Part shown: positions 34,582 to 40,871 of the stretch, piece after piece
How the letters are laid out: each line of letters starts with the position of its first letter
Numbering within the stretch: position 1 is the first letter of the stretch
IMG/VR virus record: IMGVR_UViG_3300048892_000050
Span: 1-40,871 of that record
Direction: 5' to 3' (one strand)
DNA length: 40,871 bases
DNA from: a virus
Taxonomy: Duplodnaviria > Caudoviricetes
Position numbers and translations under genes: made by a program
The notes under the pieces: model-generated
Told to the model about the DNA's origin: nothing
Databases searched by the model: none
Seen by the model: only the letters and a program-made list of their open reading frames with translations

Positions 34582-35033
34582 GCGGCTTTCCTCTTCTTGA
34601 AGTAGTCAGGATCGGGGTCCGGTATAACTACGCCCAGGCTGGCGCCTAACTTCTGCGCTCGCGCCCAAAGGGCCAGCATGTCTTCCATGCTGCAAGGATC
34701 GTCTTCGCCGTTTTCGTCGGTGGTCGTGGTGCGAATTGGAACCTGTTCGACGCCGACCTCATTGCCCGGCTTCTTGGGGACTCGCTTGGTTTTCCATCCC
34801 CACTGATTGCCGCAGTTCCATTCGTGAATGTCTTCCGACTCCATGCCGGTTTCGGCGCTGAGCATCTTGTAAGGCACGGCCCATAAATAACGGTTCTGCG
34901 CGGGCGTCTTGTCCGGTTGCGCAATCTCCACCTTGACTCGCACCGGCTTACCGGGAAACACGGTTTCCAATAGGCGAGCCAGGGGCGCAATGTGGCGCTC
35001 ACGATCCTTCGGCGGCAGCACGGTCGGGCGCAT
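34578..35033 (-). CDS. NinB/Orf-like recombination protein
   Basis: KTPAQNRYLWAV...ETG...EDIHE; TAATG-coupled. Confidence 0.7.
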   Translation of the reverse strand: MRPTVLPPKDRERHIAPLARLLETVFPGKPVRVKVEIAQPDKTPAQNRYLWAVPYKMLSAETGMESEDIHEWNCGNQWGWKTKRVPKKPGNEVGVEQVPIRTTTTDENGEDDPCSMEDMLALWARAQKLGASLGVVIPDPDPDYFKKRKAA

Positions 35034-36103
35034 TAGGCGGCGACCTTCCACCCTTCCCGCTCAACCGCTGCCGCCAGCTTTAGGGTAGCGACATGCTCTG
35101 GCTGCGTTGCCTGTAGCAGCGCCAGCGCCTCCGTGACGGCTTCCTGTAGCGAAGCATTGGCGATGGCCCGGTCCTTGGCCGCTTTGGCTTCTGCGGCCTT
35201 CCGCTTGGCTAGGGCGGCGCGTTCAACCTCCAAGTCGCGGCGTTCCTGTTCGAGAGCAGCTTCCTTTTCTGCGCGCAGGCGATCTTCTTCTGCCTGAACC
35301 CGGAGACGTTCCTCCCTTTCGGCTTGCTCCATCGCTTCCCGCTCCGCGCGAGCGGCCCTTTCGTTGGCCGCCAGCCGTTCGCGTTCGGCGCGGGCTTCCT
35401 CTTCGGCCCGCTGCGCGGCTTCTTCACGCTCCCGGCGTTGGCGGGCTTCCTCAGCGGCGCGCATGGCTTCGGTTTCGGCGCGCAGGCGGGCCAGTTCCTC
35501 GCGCTCGGCCTGAATGCGGACTTCCTCGGCGTCCTGAGCGATGCGGCGATCCTTCGCGGCCCGTAGGCTGGCGATCACTACGCGCTTTTCGTAGACGCAG
35601 GCCGCCTGCAAATCTTCGGGGAAGGTCAGCGGGTCCACCGATTCGGCATCGGCGATGATGCTATCGATATCGGAAACCGTGGCGTTCACAGCGCGCAGCG
35701 GCAGGGACTTCATGGCCTCAAATCGGGCATTGATCGCGGCAACCCGCTGGCGCTCGGCTTCTTCTTTGGCTTTCTTTTCGATTTCCTTCTGCCGATCGAC
35801 TTCATCCTGCAACGCAGTCAGGCGCTTTTCTTCCGGCTCGATCAGCCCGATCAACTCGCTTTCCTTGGCGATGACCGCCTTGCTGAACTTGGTCGAATCT
35901 TCGCGCGCCAGCTTGCCGCGCTTTTCGATTTCGATGCGCATGGATTTCAGAGTCATGCGTGCGGCATGGCATTCCTGATAGCCGGCTGCGTTTGTGATGG
36001 CGACGATGCGATGCGACTGCGTAGCCAGTTCGGTCAGCTTGTCGCGGGTTTCGGTGAAGGCCAGCGCCTGCTCGGCGCGGTCAAGAATGGTTAGCTCGGT
36101 CAT
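35033..36103 (-). CDS. Long coiled-coil protein of the recombination module
   Basis: E/R/A-rich heptads; IEPEEKRL; directly downstream of putative SSAP. Confidence 0.7.
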   Translation of the reverse strand: MTELTILDRAEQALAFTETRDKLTELATQSHRIVAITNAAGYQECHAARMTLKSMRIEIEKRGKLAREDSTKFSKAVIAKESELIGLIEPEEKRLTALQDEVDRQKEIEKKAKEEAERQRVAAINARFEAMKSLPLRAVNATVSDIDSIIADAESVDPLTFPEDLQAACVYEKRVVIASLRAAKDRRIAQDAEEVRIQAEREELARLRAETEAMRAAEEARQRREREEAAQRAEEEARAERERLAANERAARAEREAMEQAEREERLRVQAEEDRLRAEKEAALEQERRDLEVERAALAKRKAAEAKAAKDRAIANASLQEAVTEALALLQATQPEHVATLKLAAAVEREGWKVAA

Positions 36104-37026
36104 TTCGGCGCTCCTGCCATGATTTCGCGGTCCGTCCTAGCGGCGGCTTCCGCTTCGTTTCGGTTGACTGCCGCCACAGAGGCGACAGAAGAAAGTTTGC
36201 TCAATGCTTCACGCTGGGCCGTGCTGAAACAGCCGCCCTTGGACGTGGCCAGCCAAAGCGCCATGCGGTCCTTCTCGGGAATGGACATCCATTCGTCGTA
36301 GGCCGCTTTGCCGTCGTCGGCGTTCAGTCGGTCTTGGATGAACTTGATCGACTCGGAATGCCGGCCGTGTGCTTCGTCGTGCTGGGCCTTGCGCCGAGCG
36401 ACCAATTCTTCCTGCGTCGGTTCGTGCGTTTCCTGCGGCTGAATCATGCCTTCCGGCAAGTCCTCCACGTCCTGCGTGAAAATGTCGCTTGCAGCGGTCG
36501 CGGTCAGGGTCAAATCAATCTGCGCCCGCTTTTTTGCCATTTTCAGGATCGTGTTCGCCACGTCCGCAGGCTCGGTGCGAATCTGCATTTTCTCGGAGGT
36601 CTTTCCCTGGTACTCGCTGTACTTGATCCGGCGCCGGTTTTCAGGCGTCGTCTCGAATTCCTTTTTGACGTAGGTCTGCCGCCACTTGTATTTGTCCTCA
36701 TCGGAGGAACACTCGCCGATACCTTCGCCGACAACGATGCCGGTCGGCTGGTGGGTGCCGATGGTGCGCACGCGGTAGCGAATCGAGTCCGGCGTGGACA
36801 AGTCCTCAACCTGCACGCTGACGGCGATACGGAATGTGGTCAGCAGGACTTCACTTCCCGCCTTGTAGAGTGAAGGCAACTTGCAGCCAGGGATTACGCC
36901 ATAGTGCGTATCCTTGACCATGACGGCCTGCATAACCTTCTGGATCAGGTTTACATGCTCGCGCACGTCGGCGGCAGTCAATGACCGGCCATAATCGCGA
37001 GATTCAACTTGTACTAAAGCATTCAT
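36100..37026 (-). CDS. Putative single-strand annealing recombinase
   Basis: HYGVIPG..PSLYKAGSE, GEGIGECSS, NTILKMAKKRA, SDIFTQDVED; position in early-left operon. Confidence 0.65.
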   Translation of the reverse strand: MNALVQVESRDYGRSLTAADVREHVNLIQKVMQAVMVKDTHYGVIPGCKLPSLYKAGSEVLLTTFRIAVSVQVEDLSTPDSIRYRVRTIGTHQPTGIVVGEGIGECSSDEDKYKWRQTYVKKEFETTPENRRRIKYSEYQGKTSEKMQIRTEPADVANTILKMAKKRAQIDLTLTATAASDIFTQDVEDLPEGMIQPQETHEPTQEELVARRKAQHDEAHGRHSESIKFIQDRLNADDGKAAYDEWMSIPEKDRMALWLATSKGGCFSTAQREALSKLSSVASVAAVNRNEAEAAARTDREIMAGAPK

Positions 37027-37065
37027 ATCGTCCTCTCAACCGGCTAACCGGCAGGATGGTGGGGG

Positions 37066-37476
37066 TTAGGCGCGAAGGACGATGACGCCGCTTCGCTGGC
37101 CCATGGTGAATTTCTTGACGGCCGACATATCTGGCCAGTCGGCACGTTTTGGCCGCTCTTCTTCGTCGTCGCTATCGTTCGATCGATCCATAGAAACGGG
37201 ACGGCCGAAGCAATAGGCATCGGCGTGGTCAGTCTCGAAGCAGTAGGCGTAGTCCGTTGTGCGGCTGTCATCCCATGGCCACGGCCAACCCTTGTCCGGC
37301 GTTGTTCCGTCCTCGCGATTGGCAAGGAAATCAGCCACCGCATGCCGAAAAGCCGCTTCCGATTGGCAGCCTAAAACCTGGGCGTCGATGCCATCGGGAT
37401 AACCGTCCCATGCGATGCTTCCCAGCCATTCGGCCTTGACGCCACTTCCTACGTAAAAATCAGCTCTGGTTCCCAC
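37066..37476 (-). CDS. Acidic Trp-rich hypothetical protein
   Basis: MGTRADFYVG...WDGYPDG...GWPWPW; GTG start with RBS. Confidence 0.7.
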   Translation of the reverse strand: MGTRADFYVGSGVKAEWLGSIAWDGYPDGIDAQVLGCQSEAAFRHAVADFLANREDGTTPDKGWPWPWDDSRTTDYAYCFETDHADAYCFGRPVSMDRSNDSDDEEERPKRADWPDMSAVKKFTMGQRSGVIVLRA

Positions 37477-37479
37477 GAT

Positions 37480-37686
37480 TCATTCCCCTTCGTTCGGATC
37501 AATCGGCCCAACCAGCCGCGACATTGCTTTGGCGGCTTGCAGGGTCAGTTCGGTTTGTTCGTCCAGCCGGTCGCACGCCGCGTTAAAGGCGGCATTGCGT
37601 GCGGCGCGTTCAATTTCCTGCTGCGCCATGTCGGCCTGAATCTTGGCAATCAGGCGGTCGCATTCGCGGGAGAGGATGTCCGACAT
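37480..37686 (-). CDS. Small helical hypothetical protein
   Basis: GGAG RBS, 68 aa. Confidence 0.6.
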   Translation of the reverse strand: MSDILSRECDRLIAKIQADMAQQEIERAARNAAFNAACDRLDEQTELTLQAAKAMSRLVGPIDPNEGE

Positions 37687-37687
37687 A

Positions 37688-37912
37688 TCAGCGCTCCAAG
37701 TCGCAAGCGTATTCAGCGCGGTCGGTCAGCTCGCCGAAAATGTCCGGCTCGCGCAGCGCGATATAGGCGTCTTGCGTCTGCCGATACCAGTTCGGATAAA
37801 GCTGCTCCAGCGCTTTCAGGAACATGTCGCCGTGCGGCAACTGGCTGATCTGGTCGGTCAGTTCGTCGTGTTCGGAAACGGCTTGTTCGCATACGTCTTC
37901 GGGAGATTTCAT
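37688..37912 (-). CDS. Small acidic hypothetical protein
   Basis: ATGA overlap with the upstream gene; alternative GTG at 37918. Confidence 0.6.
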   Translation of the reverse strand: MKSPEDVCEQAVSEHDELTDQISQLPHGDMFLKALEQLYPNWYRQTQDAYIALREPDIFGELTDRAEYACDLER

Positions 37913-38118
37913 GTCCACGCTCCAATCAAAACCGCCGCGACCGGAAAGGTCAGCAGCAGGCACCAGTTCTCAATGCGGGGCCAGTGCCTTTTCAGCCAAC
38001 ACCAGATGCGAGCAGACCATTTGCGAACTGGCTGGTTAGGCAGGTAGCCGCCATAAGTGCCGGCATACTTGAATATCGGGTGCGGTTCCGGCTTTCTTTG
38101 CGGAATTGGCTTAATCAT
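37909..38118 (-). CDS. Small membrane protein
   Basis: AAGGTG RBS; C-terminal TM. Confidence 0.55.
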   Translation of the reverse strand: MIKPIPQRKPEPHPIFKYAGTYGGYLPNQPVRKWSARIWCWLKRHWPRIENWCLLLTFPVAAVLIGAWT

Positions 38119-38405
38119 GGCGTCACCTTTGCGAGGACCGCTTGATTGCGAAACAACGTCGCCGTGCTTGGCTGCGATGCGCCACGAATCACCGCTTCCT
38201 TTATCCATTCGTCGGAAAGGCGCAGCGCCTCGATCAACTCGGCCACGGTGGCGCGGGCTTGGCGTGCTTCAGCGAGAACGCAGCACGCCCGTTCCCATTC
38301 GTCGTATTCGCTGCTGTCGGTATCGCGAGCCTCAGGCGGGCAATCGTCTGCGGCGAGCTGTTCCAGCTGCGCCATCACCGCCAGCACATCCACTGGCTTA
38401 CTCAT
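38115..38405 (-). CDS. Hypothetical protein
   Basis: MSKPVDVLAVM...; operon tiling. Confidence 0.65.
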   Translation of the reverse strand: MSKPVDVLAVMAQLEQLAADDCPPEARDTDSSEYDEWERACCVLAEARQARATVAELIEALRLSDEWIKEAVIRGASQPSTATLFRNQAVLAKVTP

Positions 38406-38691
38406 GGCTGCACCTTGCCAGCGCGGCGGCTTCGATCTTGGCGAGCAGTGCTTTCTTGCTGATTCGATCTGGACCCCAATATTTATCGGGGTCGCCGTCA
38501 TACCAGAGGACGGTTTCTTTACCCTTGGCGCTAATCCGGATTCGGCAAAAGATTTGAACGCCGTCCGACCAGAAAAGGCCGCTATCTCCTAGACGCCCAA
38601 ACTTGGACTTCCGCAACCACTGGCGCGCCATCGCCTCGGCTTCGGCCATTTGCTGCCGGCCATTCGCCAGCACATCAATCTTGTTAGTCAT
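38398..38691 (-). CDS. Hypothetical protein
   Basis: MTNKIDVLA...; operon tiling. Confidence 0.6.
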   Translation of the reverse strand: MTNKIDVLANGRQQMAEAEAMARQWLRKSKFGRLGDSGLFWSDGVQIFCRIRISAKGKETVLWYDGDPDKYWGPDRISKKALLAKIEAAALARCSHE

Positions 38692-38779
38692 GGCAATCCG
38701 CCCGGTCCATGGCCCACAGGAAGGCGAGCAGGAACGCTGCGCCGCAGATGAAGCCGATTAGGAAGCTGGCGATGTTCAT
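38684..38779 (-). CDS. Small TM peptide (31 aa, not in ORF track)
   Basis: MNIASFLIGFICGAAFLLAFLWAMDRADCHD; ATGA overlap. Confidence 0.5.
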   Translation of the reverse strand: MNIASFLIGFICGAAFLLAFLWAMDRADCHD

Positions 38780-39276
38780 GCGAACCCCTGCTTCGACGTG
38801 GGCGCAGGACCGCCGCGCGCTAGTTCGACGGCGTTGGCAAGGGCACTTTGTTGAGTCTTGGGCGCAGCGCCCAAGCGTTTCACCAGTTCGCGCAAAATCT
38901 CATCAGCGCGGAGAAATTCTTTTGCCGGCAAGGCATCAAACTTGTTCTTCGCCGGCTCGTCGGCCCAGTAGTGCATGTCCATGACTGCCGCGATCAGCGA
39001 TTCTTTTTCCGCGCGGAGCTGGATAACTTCGGCCAGCAAGTCCGGCGAGCGAGCAATCAGCTCAGCGTCAGCGCGGCGAAAGGAACAGAAGTCATCAACA
39101 GCGTCAGCCATCAGGCAGACAACCGAATCGCCGTCGCCGATAACAGCCGTACCTTTGGCCGCAAGGCATTTGCCAATCAGCCAAGGGCCGTGCGTGGCGT
39201 GCTTGCTAAGTTCAGCGAGCGACAGTGGTCCGGGAATCGCTGCGCCGCATTCACTTGTGAAGGCTGCCTGTTCCAT
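38776..39276 (-). CDS. First gene of leftward operon, hypothetical (Ead-like motifs)
   Basis: ATHGPW...DAELIARSPDLL; GGGAGAGGGAG RBS. Confidence 0.7.
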   Translation of the reverse strand: MEQAAFTSECGAAIPGPLSLAELSKHATHGPWLIGKCLAAKGTAVIGDGDSVVCLMADAVDDFCSFRRADAELIARSPDLLAEVIQLRAEKESLIAAVMDMHYWADEPAKNKFDALPAKEFLRADEILRELVKRLGAAPKTQQSALANAVELARGGPAPTSKQGFA

Positions 39277-39323
39277 CTCCCTCTCCCATCCCTTCCGGGT
39301 TGTGGCCTGTGGGCCGATGACTT

Positions 39324-39389
39324 AGTGAAACACGTATTTGCGCCGAGTGCAAGTACCTATTGCAATTTATTTTCAGACGTGCGTTAATT
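39324..39389. promoter_or_regulatory. Divergent promoter/operator region
   Basis: Back-to-back -35 boxes TTGCAC (minus, 39347-39352) and TTGCAA (plus, 39360-39365), each followed 11 nt later by ACGTG. Confidence 0.65.
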
Positions 39390-39394
39390 CGGCC

Positions 39395-39568
39395 ATGAGC
39401 AAACTATACGAGCAATATCTGGCCCGCGCAGCGGCCCGCAGACTCAAGGCGTTGCTTATGCATGAACGCGGCGACTCTGATTCGGTTATTGCTGAAAAAC
39501 TAGGGGTTTCCCGCCAGCGCGCGTGGAAAATGGTGGAAACCGCGAGACGGGAAAAGGCTAAGGCATGA
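39395..39568 (+). CDS. Cro-like HTH regulator, probably leaderless
   Basis: SDSVIAEKLGVSRQRAWKMV; ATG lies about 6 nt after the -10 box. Confidence 0.8.
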   Translation: MSKLYEQYLARAAARRLKALLMHERGDSDSVIAEKLGVSRQRAWKMVETARREKAKA

Positions 39569-39726
39569 CCGCCGTCGCCGATCTTTGCCGCAACCCCGAT
39601 ACGTGCCGCTGCTGCGTCACCCTGAGCGGCCTTCCCGCCATGGCCGCGCGCTGGTATGCGCTGACCCAGCCCACCCCGCCGCCGGTCAAGGTGTCCAAGC
39701 CCGTGAAAGCCCGGAGTCGTAAATGA
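39565..39726 (+). CDS. Small hypothetical protein (53 aa, not in ORF track)
   Basis: ATGA overlaps at both ends. Confidence 0.5.
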   Translation: MTAVADLCRNPDTCRCCVTLSGLPAMAARWYALTQPTPPPVKVSKPVKARSRK

Positions 39727-40043
39727 GCGAACAATTGCCGCTGAGTTTTGACCGCAGCCAATTCCGGCCTGACTTTGCCGAATGGCTGCTAGCCAACGGG
39801 CACATATGGTCCGCGTTCGCAGCGCGCGCCGATGCCGTTTGGAACCGTGGCCGCAGGCACTACAGCGCCAGGACGATCATTGAGGTGCTGCGCTTCGAGT
39901 CCATGCTGGCCGAGGTTGGTGGCGAATGGAAAATTAACAATAACTATGCGCCAGACCTTGCCCGACTGTATCGGCAAACCTACCCGGACCGTGCGGCCTT
40001 ATTTGAGACCCGCGTCCTATCCAAATCACTGAGGGCTGCCTAA
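39723..40043 (+). CDS. Conserved-type phage hypothetical protein
   Basis: GRRHYSARTIIEVLR...WKINNNY...LFETR; GGAG RBS. Confidence 0.75.
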   Translation: MSEQLPLSFDRSQFRPDFAEWLLANGHIWSAFAARADAVWNRGRRHYSARTIIEVLRFESMLAEVGGEWKINNNYAPDLARLYRQTYPDRAALFETRVLSKSLRAA

Positions 40044-40234
40044 TGCCTACCGAACGCACCAAACGCCTAGCCCGCGCCATTGAGGCCCTATCCAGCCGGG
40101 ACATGATACGGCTACTGGATACTTCTTTTGCGGATGGCGAGTTTGCTAAATACCGTCTCAGGATTGCCCGGCGCCTTCTGGACTTTTCCGAGAAAACGCT
40201 CGCCAAAGCGCCCGGCTCCGAGCGTGCCGCATGA
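40043..40234 (+). CDS. Hypothetical protein
   Basis: TAATG and ATGA coupling. Confidence 0.55.
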   Translation: MPTERTKRLARAIEALSSRDMIRLLDTSFADGEFAKYRLRIARRLLDFSEKTLAKAPGSERAA

Positions 40235-40503
40235 GCGCGACTCCGGGGCCGTGGGATATTTTCCCAACGCCGAATGATCCTGATTTCGTTTATGAAATTG
40301 GCTCTTTCTGTGCCATTTACGCAAGCGACGCCAACGCTAAAGCTGATGCCTATCTCATAGCCGCCGCCCCTGACCTGCTAGCCGCTCTTTTGGTCTTAAC
40401 TTCGTTAGCAGACGGCCCGAATGGAGGGGTTACTGGCGCAATGAAACGGGATGCGCTTGCTGCTGCCCGCGCCGCCCTTTCCAAGGCCACTACCCATGAC
40501 TGA
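40231..40503 (+). CDS. Hypothetical phage protein
   Basis: TPGPW...ADAYLIAAAPDLLAAL...ARAALSKA motif set. Confidence 0.75.
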   Translation: MSATPGPWDIFPTPNDPDFVYEIGSFCAIYASDANAKADAYLIAAAPDLLAALLVLTSLADGPNGGVTGAMKRDALAAARAALSKATTHD

Positions 40504-40871
40504 CCTACTTCCGTGCCCCTTCTGCGGTGGCCCCGGATCGCTTGTTTACGACTCGGGAAACGAAGTCTGGGGCCAGTCTTGGCTGGCAGGCTGTACCCTA
40601 TGCAGCGTTCAGTTTAAGGCGATGGGCAGCAGTTCATGGCGCGTCGTTGCCGCTGAGGATGAGGCCGCAAAGGCTAAGGCCATCGCTAACTGGAACCGCC
40701 GCACCCCCGCTTGGCAGCCTATCGAGACAGCGCCGAAAGGCGGTAAGGTCGTTCTGGTTTATGACGGCGGAGAGATGTACACGGCCTATTGCTGGGCGAG
40801 TGAGAGCGGAAATTATTGGTGGGACGCACCATCGCAATCCATCGAACTTGACCCTACCCACTGGCAACCCC
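40496..40871 (+). CDS. Lar-like (restriction alleviation) Zn-finger fused to DUF551-like domain; continues to position 159
   Basis: MTDLLPCPFCGG...CTLC...AIANWNRR, then WQPIETAPK. Confidence 0.8.
   Translation, partial: MTDLLPCPFCGGPGSLVYDSGNEVWGQSWLAGCTLCSVQFKAMGSSSWRVVAAEDEAAKAKAIANWNRRTPAWQPIETAPKGGKVVLVYDGGEMYTAYCWASESGNYWWDAPSQSIELDPTHWQP
40745..40871. repeat. Terminal 127-bp direct repeat, copy 2
   Basis: Identical to 1-127. Confidence 0.95.

Noticed and set aside
40745-40871. Terminal repeat as a biological DTR
   Set aside because: Exactly 127 bp, falls mid-gene and matches a common assembler k-mer; more likely a circularisation overlap
1-40871. Integrase, CI repressor, reverse transcriptase/DGR, CRISPR array, IS element
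   Set aside because: No tyrosine/serine recombinase, S24 peptidase, YxDD RT, TR/VR pair, repeat-spacer array or transposase motifs seen by eye; a profile search could still reveal divergent members

Overview
The window is best read as one complete, circularly assembled tailed-phage genome. Bases 1-127 are repeated exactly at 40745-40871, and a Lar/DUF551-like ORF reads in frame across the join, giving a unit length of 40,744 bp. The virion module is P22-like (podovirus): TerS/TerL, portal, scaffold, coat, gp4- and gp10-like tail hub, three ejection proteins, fibre/spike genes and a GH24 lysis cassette. A leftward early operon (29611-39276) carries small accessory and recombination genes, and a rightward early operon starts with a single Cro-like HTH. 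I could not find an integrase, CI-type repressor, replication initiator, primase, helicase, polymerase or Q antiterminator. The most unusual elements are: (1) a ~400-nt, alternatively folding non-coding region with a G5-T3-G5 tract in the slot where replication genes normally lie; (2) a ~450-nt late leader with a promoter, twin boxB-like hairpins each preceding a terminator-like stem, and an anticodon-less tRNA-like cloverleaf; (3) two tandem prion-like low-complexity proteins heading the late operon that share a synonymously diverged NGLGQLG motif; (4) a GT-A glycosyltransferase and a sulfotransferase-fold protein inside the virion module, plus two PAPS-reductase-family genes elsewhere (one paired with ParB, IbrAB-like); and (5) a gp10-like hub gene split in two, with an Ig-like plus beta-propeller module grafted at the break. 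All protein calls come from motif recognition and synteny by eye; no database search or folding program was run.
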